A DNA stretch of 64,000 nt from Nymphaea colorata (Eukaryota). The position numbers and the translations under genes were made by a program. Shown here piece by piece: positions 14,376 to 28,000 of this stretch. The DNA lies in NCBI RefSeq assembly GCF_008831285.2, contig NC_045138.2, positions 10,788,001 to 10,852,000 of the forward strand. Reading direction: 5' to 3'. The first letter of the stretch is position 1, and every line of letters starts with the position of its first letter. The notes under the pieces are model-generated. The model was not told where the DNA came from and did no database searches. It saw only the letters and a list, made by a program, of their open reading frames with translations.

Positions 14376-15531
14376 TAGAAAACTCATACTATACCCTTAC
14401 AAATAGAAGCAGTTGGAAAATAATTAGGCATCAGGAAAATTGCCACAAAAATGAGGAATGAGTGGGGCCCATCTAAGCACTATTTATCTCTTCTGTATTT
14501 CCTCAAATTCAAATTTCAAAATTGCAGCAATTCAAAATTATTCAAGTTGACCACTAACTTGGGAAAAGAACTCTAGGAAAGTACATGTTTACAATAGGTA
14601 AGAATATTGTAACGGTAACTTGCAAATGCATCAGTTACTTTAAGATGTGCTGGGGCCACCTAAGTGCACCACCTGACTTGTGGTCCATACCACAAATATC
14701 CCTGCTTTACCTCAATGTTAAGCAATTTAAATAGCATATATCTTTTTATAAACCATGTGACTTTCTCAAGCTATTAGAATGTTCTAAACGCTAATAAAAC
14801 TAATCTCTTTAGATTTTCAAAAACGTTGAGATTTACCAACTTAATCCATGCTTTATAATCAAATTCTTAATAATTTTTAAAAGGCATGCCCCAAGCCAAA
14901 ACTCTTCTAGAAATATTAGTTCTGGATGAGTTGTGTAGACTACACAAACACTACAAAAGTGACAATGCTTAGTCTTAATCTCTAAAATCTTTGTCTTTAC
15001 TCCCAAGCTTGTTCTTATGCACATCAAGCTCTACTTCGATTCTGGAGTTGACCTTGATTCCAAGCTTAATTCAGCAGTAAATGCTAATTTTAGCTCAAAA
15101 TTAGTTGAAGTACTAAGGAAAAAGTTGAGGTTCCTCTCTTAATCTTTTTAACGAAATTCATTTACAAAATTTAGGATTTCTGAATAGATGGAGGTTCTTT
15201 ATCTTCAATTCATCTGTTACACTAGCAAAAGTTGCATACATAAACACATGAAACTGTTAATGAATCTGTTGATATTAAACTAGGCAGCAATGCTAGTATG
15301 CAACCTTTCCTAATAGAACCACAATCTTAAATAGACTAACATACCTCGAACCCAACCTTCATTTTGTGTCTCTTTATCAATAAAAATCACACAACATGAT
15401 CACCCTGCATCAAAACTTGAATCCTTTTGTCTTGGATCAATGCAGTTGTTTTGCCTATTATGTGCAGCTAATAAGCACTACAAAATCAACTTTACTTACT
15501 TAGAGTAATGGTACAAAGCTACCTCAAGGGA

Positions 15532-15770
15532 CATAGCATAGTTGGTTAGGCTAGGGGCCTATAAAGGGGCACGTATCTAGCTCGATTCTCGTGGGCATTA
15601 TGTCTCTATGTTTTGAGTGGATGAGGTGTGGTACCTAAGCTGAAGGGTCGACTGCTGCCATCATTAACACCAAAGCAGCCTAGGACCAAATTGAGGGGAT
15701 TTCTGACCTCTTTTCCGAATGGTGGGTTGTTAACCTCTCACCTACCTAGAATGGAGCAAAGCTAAATGAT
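15532..15770 (+). mobile_element. Putative tRNA-derived SINE, 3' end approximate
   Basis: A-box-like tagcatagttgg and degenerate B-box agctcgattct at tRNA-like spacing. Confidence 0.4.
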
Positions 15771-16826
15771 CATCCACAGCTTTGAATCCAGTTTAACTTT
15801 CAAAAGCAAGGGCATCTACACTCCCACAAAGAGATATGAACGGTGCTAAGCCAATCTTCTTAACAAACTTGTTAAGACTCACATGCATATTTCATTCACC
15901 TTTCTAATCTAGAGCACTAGAATGCAACACATCTTCGAAGGCCTAATTCATGGACTCTGATTATCTATCAGTGTGTATAGAATGTTGTACTGAACTTCAA
16001 ATTAATTCTCAACGGTTTGCACATTTGTGGCCAAAATCTTGTGGTGAACTCGAGATTCGGATCAAACATGATGAAGATAAGGACTTGATTTAGTCTAACC
16101 ATACACAAATCTATGGATTTCAACTCCAAAGATATGTAAATGTACAAACTTTATTAAGTTTAGCAATAAAGTACATAAGTTATGTCATTCTTAACCTGTA
16201 GTCTTTTGTATTTACATCTATTCCAGTTATAGATTTTGGATATGCATGTAATATGGTTGTAAACAGAATTTTGAGTACCACAACCTACTCCTCTCGATAA
16301 AAAGGTTCTAATCAGACGTTATGGCCTATAAGCAAAACCATGATAACCATCTTTGCCTTGACTTTGATTTACCGTTCCCAAAAGGACTACTAGCCGGCCA
16401 GAGAAAGTGAAGGTAAAGCGAAATATTTTCTCTCATGAAGGTATGTTTTCAAACAACCTGCATGAAATAATGGAGGGCCGAATTGACAAAAATTGTCCAA
16501 CCATGGTAAATTCTACCATGAATGGCTTGAGGGAGCTATCAGATCAACTTACAGCATGGTGATAGAAGATAACGAAAATACATGCCTGCACCCATACATA
16601 CACCTGACAAAGTCTCGATATCCCTACTGCAATCAACAGAATAACAGAAAAGGTCACTAAGATGGATTTCCATTTAAAATGATTGAGAAGAGCTCAGTGG
16701 ATGCATCCTCCACCGAGGAGAAAAATGATTTTATGTTCTTTTCTTTGGTTGCTATTAATCAAGGCAACCATTAACTTTTTCCAAAACAGTACCTCATTTC
16801 ATATGTACATTTCCCGCTTCTGAGCC

Positions 16827-18266
16827 TCAAGTCTCAAAGGCCACAGTATTTACACGATTTTCATTGCACAGATTGATGAGGCCCGCCATTAACGGTTCAT
16901 CCAGTGATCTGTAAAATGCTTTAATCACCAGACCATATACCTGCTTCCCCTCCTCTATTGCTGACACGCATACAACAGCTTCGACCACGCGGCATATCAA
17001 AGAAGAATTAGGCTTCACATTCTTACTCAACATTTTAGAGAAGAGAGTCAAGGCATCCCGGTTCAATCCTTCTGTTACACTAGCAAAAATCAAGGCACTC
17101 CAGAGGTGAGCAGGTGTATGCAGTGCAGGTTCATAAATGTGCAGAGTGTTGAAAAGAGAAAGAGCTGCCCTCGTCTTTCTACATTTCAGATACAACTCAA
17201 CCAGCTCCAGTCTCGCCCCAGCACCTGGATCATAACCTGTTTTTATCAAATGGGCATGAATTTCTTGGCCCTGCCTTAACCCCATTACCTGCGCACATGA
17301 CCTGATCATGCAAAAGAAGCCTACTTCCTGTACAAACCTCTCGTCTGCACCCAAATCCAACATTCTTCGGATGAGGACGATGGCTTCAGGTGTTCCGTTC
17401 TCGAGATTGCTGTAACCATGTATCATGGCGGTAAACGCCACCGGGCTCGGTTCAGGAATCTTGTCAAACTCACTTCTAGCTTCTTCCATTCTCCCACATT
17501 TTGCGTACATGTCGACTAGTGCAACCTTGATATAGTTATCTGAATCGCAGCACTCGTCTATCACTCGTTGGTGAATTTCACGGCCTTTCTCAAGGTCCTG
17601 CAGCTTCGCACACGATTTCAATACTGCCGCATAAGTGAAAGCATTAGGTTTGATTTTTTGCGCCACCATCTCATCATACAACTTCAGTGATTCCGCGGCC
17701 CGACCAGCCTGGCAATAAGCAGAAATTATGCTGGTCCAAGAAACTACGTTTCTGTGAGGCATTCCGTCAAACAGTTGACGCGCATCCGGCAACCGCCCGC
17801 AGACCACATACATACCTATGAGATTATTGGCGATGAAGACATCGGATTCCAGCCCCTGACGCACGATCTCTTTGTGAATGGTAGCGCCCACTTCGAGGTT
17901 CCTGGCATCGGCGCAGCTCTTGAGGAGGATGCAGTACAAGCTGGGGTCTGGCCGCATGCCCTGGCGCCGCATGAGGTCCAGCACCTCGAGAGCCTCTTTC
18001 ATTCTCTCTTCTAAGCTCCATTTGTCTACCGGCGGCAGCATGTGCCTGCGCTTCTTCGCCATTTGCCGAAAGGCACTCGCCGCCGGCAAGTCCATTAAAG
18101 ACGGTATGGTCATCAAGCCACGGAACGGCTCCAAGGGGAAGACTCCCAAAAAGGATGTGGGTGCACCTCCTTTGAGCTTACTGCTAGGACAGTGCAGAAC
18201 GGGTGGCTGTGGTTGATGAGGTGATAAGTAGGAGGATGTGAACGGGCACCTCACAGCAGCGGCCAT
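16827..18266 (-). CDS. Pentatricopeptide-repeat protein, PLS-type motifs, 479 aa from the first ATG, likely organelle-targeted
   Basis: Intact single-exon ORF. PPR motifs include DVFIANNLIGMYVVCGRLPDARQLFDGMPHRNVVSWTSIISAY and PNAFTYAAVLKSC...VALVDMYAKCGRMEEA. The N-terminus is Ser/Pro/Arg-rich and transit-peptide-like. The first in-frame ATG is at 18266; the ORF track uses an upstream GTG at 18287. Confidence 0.9.
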   Translation of the reverse strand: MAAAVRCPFTSSYLSPHQPQPPVLHCPSSKLKGGAPTSFLGVFPLEPFRGLMTIPSLMDLPAASAFRQMAKKRRHMLPPVDKWSLEERMKEALEVLDLMRRQGMRPDPSLYCILLKSCADARNLEVGATIHKEIVRQGLESDVFIANNLIGMYVVCGRLPDARQLFDGMPHRNVVSWTSIISAYCQAGRAAESLKLYDEMVAQKIKPNAFTYAAVLKSCAKLQDLEKGREIHQRVIDECCDSDNYIKVALVDMYAKCGRMEEARSEFDKIPEPSPVAFTAMIHGYSNLENGTPEAIVLIRRMLDLGADERFVQEVGFFCMIRSCAQVMGLRQGQEIHAHLIKTGYDPGAGARLELVELYLKCRKTRAALSLFNTLHIYEPALHTPAHLWSALIFASVTEGLNRDALTLFSKMLSKNVKPNSSLICRVVEAVVCVSAIEEGKQVYGLVIKAFYRSLDEPLMAGLINLCNENRVNTVAFET

Positions 18267-18544
18267 GGCAGTGCCAGGAGGTAACACTTACAAGCATTCA
18301 TGTGCTAGAAAAAGGCTGGCTGCAACCCACTGCCTTCGCATGGCCAGAGAGGCTGAAGTTCGTCTCACTAATCACTGAAAATTCTCGACACATGCCAAGA
18401 ATATGAGCTTATATCAAAAGCCCCACTATAGCTTAAATTGTTTTCATTTAACAGGTCGAGCTAAGAAGTTATTTTACAAATACACGTAAATAATGGAAAA
18501 CGTATATCTTAGAACAAGAGTTACGCATTAGGAATTTAGGTAAA

Positions 18545-21500
18545 AGAACATTGTGTTTTGGACAATCTGCCTCTAGATATCAGGTCTAGTGAGAGTAAGA
18601 TAGATCAACTTTCCAGTCTAGTGAGAGTAAGATAGATCAACTTTCCAACTAGATGTTGATACCTTCCCTTGGCCTCCTCACGTAACTCCATCTTTAATAC
18701 TGAGCTTGTGTCCAACATCTTTAATACTAGATGTTGATACCTTCCCTTTCCAACATCTTTAATACTAGATGTTGATACCTTTCCAGTCTCCTTTAGTAAA
18801 TCTAAAGTGTACTTCGTTTATTCAACACAAGGCTCATGCTTGACCTAGCAATTTCAATACCAAGAAAATATCTCAGCTTGCCAAGGTCCTTGAGATCAAA
18901 CTCAATAGCCAATAACTCCTTTTATTTGTTTATTTCTTCTTCATCTAATAACAGAGTAACTTTATGCTCCTTCCTCTTGACAAAGAGAGTATGATCTTCA
19001 TTTCCTTGATTATAACCATGTTGTCTCATAACTAGTTTGAGACATTCCAACCATGTTTTGGGAGATTGTTTGAGTCCATATAAAGCTTTTCTCAGTTCGC
19101 AGCATTTTTCTGGTTCCTCATATCCTGGGGGCATACACAGATACACCTCCTCTTCAAGGTCTCCATTGAGAAACACATTCTTAACATCAAGTTGATATAT
19201 CTTCCACTCCTTTATCACTACTAAAGAAATAATAACTCTAACGGTCTTCATCTTAGCGACAGGAGCAAAAGTCTCCAAATAGTCAATTCCATATTTCTGA
19301 CTGAACCCCTTGGCAACAAGGCGAGCTTTGTACCTATCATCACTCCCATCTAGTTTTAATGGTGTAAACCCATTTGGATCTAACCAGATGAGCCGCTTCA
19401 TGGATCTTTACCACCTCTCACGTTTTGTTTCTGTTCAAAGCTTCTATCTCTTCTCGCATTACATGAGTCCACTTGGAATCGCTCTGAGCCTCAACAACAG
19501 TCCTGGGAATCACAGCCAAAGAAAGCGATGATATAAAACATTTGTAGTCATTGTTCAGTTTAGAATATGATATGAAGTTACCAATAGGGTGTTAAGTACA
19601 TGACTTGACACCCTTCCTAAGGGCGATGAGTAGCTCTTCATTAGCAACTTCTATCTGAAACTATTTTTCAGCTGACTCTTCCCGAGCATGACTTGGGTCA
19701 TCCAGGGAAGATGTAGCATTGGGATTAAGAGTAGAATTCTTTCCACCAGTCACCTCATCTGTAGGCAATCTTCGCCTAGAGTAAACCTGCCCAAACAAGT
19801 GGTTATGTTCCTCCTCAATCTCAGTAGAACAACATTCATCCTTTTCATGCTCAGAAACATCTGTAACTGTAACTTGACTCTCTTCCCTTTTGTATTTTAG
19901 AAAATCTGTGAATTGAATTTATTGACTCAGAGAATACTTTTCCCTTGGCATAGACTTCTCCTCCAGAAGAGAATTCTCACCAAAATAGGAGACATGTTCT
20001 AGGAAAGTGACATCCTTGGTGACATAAACACGACCAGTGGAGGGATCAAGGCACTTATACTCCTTTTGAGTGGGAGAGTAGCCTACAAAAACACCCTTAA
20101 TCAACCATAGATCAAACTTTTTAACAGTAGGATTGTGATTATGAATAAAGCAGACACAACCAAAAACCCGAGGTGGAAGAGGAAAGGGCTGATGACTCCC
20201 TGATAGCATAGAAAAAGGAGTTCACCCATTCAGCACATGACTAGGCATACGATTGATTAAATATGCACTAGTGAGAAAAACAACACCCCAAAACTATTTT
20301 GGAAGATTCCTTTGAAACAAGAGGGCCTTTGTGACATTAACTGACGGTTCTTTCTCTCGGCCACCCAATTTTGGGTGGGAGTATAACTATAAGATGTCTT
20401 ATGAACAATCCTTCTTTTTCAAAAGAAATTATCAACAGATTGACACATACTCACGGGCATTGTCAAATCGAAAGGTCTTAAAAGAGCTTCCAAATTGAGT
20501 TTCCACAGGAACAATGAAAGTCTCTATGATATTAGGCACTTCACTATGGTCTTTAGTAAGTATACAAAAGTATTGTGAGAGCAATCATCTATAAAGGTTA
20601 TGAAGTACTGGAAGCCATGATAAGAATGAATTCCTGAAGGTCCCCATATATCAGAATGGATCAAGGAAAAAACTTCATTAGAATGACTGGTAGATATAGG
20701 GTATGAAGCCTTTACATGTTTAGCAAACTGACATACAACACAGATATCATATTCATATCTAAATTATAACATAAATTGGGGAATAACTATCTCAAAACTC
20801 CAAAAGGAAGATGTCTACCACGTTCATGACAATACAAAAACAGTTGAAGGAGTTTCTCTCTATTCTTCTTTGTTTTTCTAATCGTCGTCATGAGAGCTGT
20901 GACAACACGCATGGGTAAATGATATAGCCCCTCAGAAACCAAACCAATCTCAATCCTCTTTCCTATCTACAAGTCCTGCAAAACACAACGATCAGCAGAA
21001 AAAATAAGTTTGCAATTTAACTTTTTTGTAATCTTGTTACTGACAAGAGGTTCAAGGAAAGATGAGGAACATTTAGAGCATTGTGAACTAAGAACTTGTT
21101 TAGAAGTAAGAGACTCCCTTTCCCAGCCATAGAGATAGAAGAACCATTGGCAAGAGAAACACGTACCTTCCCTGATGAAAGCTTATACTCATGAAAACAC
21201 TTAGGATTGCCGGTCGTGTAGTGGGTAACACCACTATCAACAATCCACTCTCCCGTACAAGAATTACCTTTTTCTCCTGAAATAGCAAGGCATGATTAAT
21301 TTTCACATCATCTGATGCCTCAGTCTGACTGGTCTCAATCTGACTTACGTACGCATGAAGCTCACGAATCCGTTCAACACAGATAGGTGTTTTTCCTCCA
21401 TTAGGGTTAATAACATCAAGAACAGGCTTCTTCTCACTGGAAGTCCTCCTACGACTATTCTTCTTTTCAGGATATAAATCTCAACAAAACTCCATGGTAT

Positions 21501-22650
21501 GACTGGTTTTCTTATAGTGAGTTCCAAGGAGGTCGGGTAGCCCCCATAGGAGCTCGGCTAACAAGAGCAGACCTTTCACTATATGAGGTATGATCCTCCC
21601 TTTTTCTTGTTATAACCAGATGTCTTTGCTCTTCAGCTTCAACGTGAGAGTAGACATCTTCAATGCCAAACATTTCTTCTGAATTAAGAATTTGACTCAT
21701 TATACCTTCGAAGTCATCGTTTAGTTCTGCTAGAAACAAGAACACCCTATTCTTCTATTCCTTGGCCAAATGACGCACCTGGTCTTGGGCACAATTCCAA
21801 GTATCATCAGAGTAGTAGTCAAGTTCCTGCCATTTTGATTTCAATGCTGCATGAAAGTCTGCCACAGAGAGTTCTCCTTGCCGTAGGGCATAGACATCCT
21901 TCATCAGCTGATACACTCAAACATCTTTCTTCTTCTGGCCATACATCTGTTCTAAAATAACCTACATATCTCTCGCAGTCCTCTTACGAAGAATGAGGGG
22001 TTGAATATCAGATGACACATAGTTGACAATCCAAGTTTTGACTTGGTTGTCCTCAAGAAACCATGTATCCCATGCTAGACTAGTCTCAGCTAGTTCAATC
22101 TTCCTCCCATTTACATAATCAATTCGGCCCCAACCAGCAATCCCCATGGTGATAACAGCGGACCATTGAATGTAATTATCCTTGGTAAGGTGAATGGTGG
22201 TGACTAGAACAGGGATATTTTTGGTTCTAGAGGACCCAACATTAGCCTGGTCCGTATTGACAATAGAAGAGGTTGATTCCACCATGACCAAGGCTTAACA
22301 ATGCAGCAAAACAAATGCAAACAGCAGTAACAACAAAACACGGTTGTGCAGGTGGCAACAATAACAGTGCATACGGCAAAAAAAAAGGGAACAAATGCAC
22401 ACGATGCAGATGAACCTGGCGACCGGCAGAGACAAAGAAGAAGGGCAGCAACAGCGACGACACTCCACACACGTTAGGAGAGGAACGAAAAGCGACTAGG
22501 CAGGCGAGACAACGTAGCAGAAGATCGAACGACCAACAGAAGCAGCGTACAGCTCAGTGACGATGAGTAAACAGGTCAGTGATCTGGGACACTAAAAGAT
22601 AGGCAGAGGCTCGGGTCTGAAACGTTGTGTAGAAAAATGTGAGACATGTA
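18545..22650 (-). mobile_element. Truncated, decayed Ty1/Copia element 2 (no RNase H and no paired LTRs); ends approximate
   Basis: Gag (HLTKDNYIQWS...KTWIVN; FLFLAELNDDFEGIMSQIL), integrase and SH3-like remnants (RVFGCVCFIH...FVGYSPTQKEYKC) and RT (YKARLVAKGFSQKYGIDYLETFAPVAK...LDVKNVFLNGDLEEEVY...LYGLKQSP). Ends in scrambled micro-duplications at about 18584-18790. Confidence 0.88.
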
Positions 22651-23099
22651 GTATGTTGACGGCAGGAGCACAACAACTGCAACAGAGTCTCAGCGACAGA
22701 GGGCTTAGGTGCGGTCCAGTCCAACAGCGTCCCACCAAGATCGCCCACGATAGAGGATGCTGTCAGAGGAGAAAAACATTGGCTGCCGCCAGGATCGACC
22801 TGATGTTCAACTTTCACCAGAGTAGTAAGAACCACTTGAATAAGCAAAGCACTATGGCAACCAGCAACACAGGCGATGGCAGATGAGTGGGGAGAGAGCA
22901 GTGGGAACAGGTGAGCAGGAGACGACCTCCACCACAACTTCACGACAGCAGCAGCAGTATAGAGACGCAGGCAAGCTGGAGATGACTTACCGCTGGGACT
23001 TGACACCTGAGCATCATGGCAAACCTCCATCGTCAGAACGATGCATGCTGCAATGTAACAGGGAGTTGGGCGACGGAGGATCCTTCGTTCCAACCAAAC

Positions 23100-23560
23100 A
23101 TGAACAAAAAAGTCTTTGGAGAACTTGCATACTAGATACAACTTTCATTCAACATCTTTTAAAAGTTTAAAAAAAGTCTTTGCTTCCTCAATAACTTCAT
23201 TGAAGCTTTTGTCATTACTTGCATCATTGTCAACTTTATCAACGCAGTTTATAAATGTATTTACCAATATTTCTTGCATATCAACATCATTTTTGTGTCA
23301 TGAAGCACTTGCTAGGGGTGTACTTGTTGTTGACATGCACTCCCCATGGTATATCCAATTTATATAATCTTTGCAAAACTCGTGACAAATTATGCCATCC
23401 ATTGCATCCTCTCAACTCTTAAAATAACAACTGTTAGACCATAAACATACACATCTAATCTTTTCATCACTATTGAATTATTTTTTACAATAAATTTGAC
23501 AAATTTATCAACCCCTGTAGAATATTATTCATTTAACATGTTTACATCCAGCCAAATGCA
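23100..23560 (-). mobile_element. CACTA/En-Spm (TnpD/Tnp2-like) transposase N-terminal relic
   Basis: Minus-strand translation gives WLDVNMLNE*YSTGVDKFVKF...KIRCVC...ICHEFCKDYINWIYHGE...EEAKTFFKLLKDVE*KLYLVCKFSK. This matches the CACTA transposase-associated domain (YxxWxxHGE) and the following FxxLL...LYxGC motif. Confidence 0.7.
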
Positions 23561-25085
23561 ATAGAAAAATATTTAATATACATAAATAATATAATAAACA
23601 TTGTATAGTATTCCAAGTATCCAAAGTACCTTTTTTTGCTGATCCAACGTTTGTCTATATAGAGATTACTTGCATACTTCGTATCAACTTCTTGACACTA
23701 CAAAGTCATTAGAAATATAATTCCTTGCTACATAAAGTATCATACATCATTATCCCTGGTGCAGGCAATTTATGTTGGTGAATAACAAAGTAACACTTTA
23801 TGCATCATATTGATTTTCAAATGCCTATAAATTCCTACATAAATGCTATGCATACACATTAGATCATCAAGGTCACAATCATATCATATGCATTGTATTC
23901 AACAATGTCCAAGGATTTAGTGTCACTTTTACATGCATGGTTTTATTTTACTTTTTGTATCTCATTTCCTTTGGATGTATATATGAATGGGTCTACTAGT
24001 GTTCTAATCATTGATGTTTTTTCAATCAATGTTAATTGTTGTGGACACCACAAAATGCATGACTTTGTACGTTCTAACATTGGTTTTGAGGGAAAGATGG
24101 AGCATACAGTAAAAACAATTTCAGTTATTTTGTTCAGATACTTGTTTTGAAAACTCATTGACACTTGAGAATTCCTAGTTGGCAGCAAAAAATATATCTA
24201 GTGTAAGTCTGTTGTAGGACACACTTTACTAAAGCAAATGCTGCTTTCAGACTGATGGTATAAAAGAGGAAACGTGTTGGGATGATTCAAATGCTAGCAA
24301 ATTGATGTCATTTTCTATCAAATATAAAATTAACAAGAAACGACACATTCAACATAAAAATAGAAAATAATTTCACCTATATTACTAGACAAAATGTAAT
24401 TTGAAGTAATAAAGATGGAAATAGAAACTTCCAGTGAAGTGGCAAGTGAATCTCTTAAATTTTGAACTTGAGTGGGGCCCTGTGGGAGAAACAAGTAATA
24501 AAGCATGAAAATATCAACCCACATCTTCAAAAGCATAAGTGACAAAATCATAAAGCAACATAAAGAAGTGTTATGGAGACAAACTAGATTTATTTGATAG
24601 AAAAAATTATATTTATAACCAAAATGTAATAAATGTCAATGAGATACCTCACAATAGAAAATTTCATAATAAAAGGATAAAATTTCAGGATGCACATGGA
24701 ACTAAGATAACAAACTTTGGAAGCATCAGAAGCATTAAAACATCTACCAGACATTCACTCTATAGTTGAAACATCGAGACCACATGTTGTGTGATTTGTA
24801 GGGTAGGCGCATGGATGAATGTAAACATGATCAACCAACATCTTGTTCAAATACTTGTTACTACTGTACAAACTAGTGCTTTTGTGAGGTTTATATAGAC
24901 ATGAAAATTTGGATAAAAGTCGATGCTTGATTCTAGAAACAAGTATTTGACTCTTTTTGCCATTTCCTACATAAGGAATGATGGTCATCTTGAAATCTTA
25001 TTGCTAGTTTTCTCCCTTGACATGCAGAATTGAAGCTATTGTTCTTTGGTCAAGATTATTGGTTGTCTTAAGGCATGTTTCCCCT

Positions 25086-28000
25086 TTGACATTTGTTTTG
25101 AAATCGATGATTAGGGATTTTGAAGATTGAAATTGAGTTCTTTGTTGTGAACTCAAGATGTTTTTTGGGTTGAAATTATGATGATCAATTTTTGAGAAAA
25201 ATGGCAAAGTTACCTTAGCAAGCAAAATTGATTTTGAATTATCCTTTGCTAAATCGTGTGATTTGGTCTAAGATATTAGAAACTTGAGATTTGATTAGAT
25301 AGTGTTCATTTTTTTGATGAAACATAGGTTTCAAATTGTTAGAAAATGTGTTGTTTTCAAAACATATTTTGGCCAAGATTATGAATGTATTGCTTGTGTT
25401 TTTTTTTGAAAGTTAAGTGAAATTTACAAATTCTTGTTGCAATATGACTTGGTCACTTTTTACAACTCAAATTTGAGTCACTTAATTTCTTGAGAAAGTG
25501 CATGCGGTGCTATTGGCTTTAAATGAGTGTGAATGTGTGAAATGAGAAGGAAAACTATATGAAACATGCAACCTTCACCTCTCTAATCTCTCAAAAGTTA
25601 TACATTTGGAACATTCATGCTTCACTCTCTCATAATCTCTCAAAGTCCATTATACATCATACAATCTACACACAAAGATTGATTTTAATTAAAATGTAGG
25701 ACTTTCTCTAAATGTGCTTATTATATTCTTAAGAACAAATGTTAGAGAAGTAGTCTATAAGCTTGTGACTTAACATAAAATTATCAAAATGATAAAGAAT
25801 CTACAAATGATGTCAAAATCAGTTTTTAAAATAATGGGAGACGTGAATGGCATCCACTTTTGTCTCAAAATTGCCATAAAAATTAGATTTTATTCTGATT
25901 TAATAGCTTAAAATTAAAATATTGATTATAAGAGTGCTTTACTCTTAAAAAATGATGACATTCAGTTTTACTCCATATGAACTAGACATCCAAGTCGGCA
26001 AAAAAACATGTGTCATATACTCTCATTCATGTTGTGGTTTGTCTACATATGAATTAAGCACCTAAATCGGCAAAAGGAATGTCTCATGTGCTCTCATTCA
26101 TGTCATAAAATTCTAAGAACCTTTCTTTCTCCCCCAAATCAAACTAAATTCTAGATTCTTATGCTAAAAGATCCATTCATTTCTTGGACTATTAAAAAAC
26201 TTTTGATCAGATTCTTTAGGGGATACAAAGATTAGGGTCCTAAGTATGATCTTAAATTGTTCTTTAGACTTTATCAATCACATGTAAGTCTGAAAATTGA
26301 TGAATGAAATCTGAAAATTCTAAAAGTTTTCTAGAGAGCCGATTAGGTAGGATTAGAATCTCTTTTTTTTTTGTTCTACAAGACATAGCCGCTTTGTGGC
26401 TGAACATTGGTAAAGCTTGTAAACTTTGAAATTATTAAATTAACTCTTTTAAAGTATGATCTAATTTCAGCAACTTGTGTACACTTTACGTATGCATTGC
26501 TGGAATTAAACAAATTTTAAGATGAAAGAAAAGTCCGCTTTGTGGCTGAACATTGGTAAAGCTTGTAAACTTTGAAATTCTTAAATTAACTCTTTCAAAG
26601 TATGATCTAATTTCAGCAACTTGCGTACACTTTACGTATGCATTGCTGGAATTAAACAAATTTTAAGATGAAAGAAAAGTAATTTCATAGCTTTGCACAA
26701 TGAAAATCAATAAAATGATCCCTTTTCTTAAAAAGCAGTTTGCAAACGTGTTCCAACTTAATTTTAAAAGAGAAAAATGGCTTTTAACAAGAGATTACAC
26801 GTGCATATATATAATAATATATATATATATATGTATACATATCTTACTCCTCAAAATGAAATTTTATCAAGGGACAGCATGACTCATGAATTATGATGAT
26901 TCATGACTGGGTTCTTTTACGTTGGAAGATTGAAAACTAGTTTCTAATCTTCTCTACTACTCTTTATCAATTAAATTGAAAAACATGAGGCAAAATGACT
27001 TTAATTGAAAAGGAAAACAAGACAATGTCAAGCTAGTTCGTCCATATTTTACCATGCAAGGGTGGATTACATTCATAAGAATGTATCGGTCTCTAATATT
27101 CATTTTCATCATATATGTTGCAGCAAAATCACAATTTCACTGTGGGATTCTCTCATAGTAGGGAGTTCAAAATGGTTTTAAACTTGTTGTTTTGAAAGGG
27201 ACGTGGCCTTGGGGTCCTTTTCAAAATTTGATTCATGGGTTCATCTTTTAGAAAACTGACTCAAGCATGTATTATGCATTAACATGTATATGTAATCTTA
27301 GTTTTTCCCTAGTTGGACATCATTTCCAGCCATGAAATAAATGAAAATAAACCCTTCCCATGAGTGCTTAAATTAAAAATAAGTGCAAGAAACTGAAATC
27401 GATGAAAATGAATTAGAGTCACCTACCTTGTGGTCGGTCTTGATGATTGATCTTTCTCCTTGCTTGTTTTCTAAATCAGGCAATCCTAAGCAAGAATCCC
27501 AGCTTGGATTCGAGCTTAGCAAAGCAAGAAGAAGAAGAATGACTTGCTGGAATTTGCAATGGGGAAGAGAGTGCTTCTCATCATGAAAATCCTAAGTAAG
27601 GGTTCACTTAAGCACCATAACTTAACAAAATCAATGGAGAGAATAGGGGAAGCCGAAGAAGACAATGAGATAGTGGGGGAAGAGGGCTTGGACGAATTTT
27701 TCTTCTCCCCCTTGGCTTCTCCCTCCTAGCTGCAATTGGTGCCATATTTGGGTGCACCTAGGTCAAACCTACATGGATTAAGTAAGTAAGGTGAGTTTAA
27801 TTCGAAAACTTATTGTTTCTTTGGAATTTGATTTTTTTTAACTACGGGAGAGAGAGAGAGATTTATGTCTCTCTTTTCCTATGAACACATATTCATTTCT
27901 TTTGAAAATAATTTTTTATTTAATTGAGGGCAGATATTTTTGAAAAAGGAGCGGTGCGTGACCTCTTGGGTGGACTTCTGTCCACATGATCTAGGTTGGG

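Noticed and set aside
22554..23170. 195-aa and other GC-rich ORFs as host genes
   Set aside because: No recognisable domain. The region looks like low-complexity Copia leader DNA fused to the CACTA relic. A PBS-like trace near 22616 is too degenerate to call.
25086..27430. Three-LTR tandem element with a PBS at agagtcacc (about 27416 and 43335)
   Set aside because: A better 18-nt PBS lies at 41140-41157, so the shared region is better explained as one long LTR.
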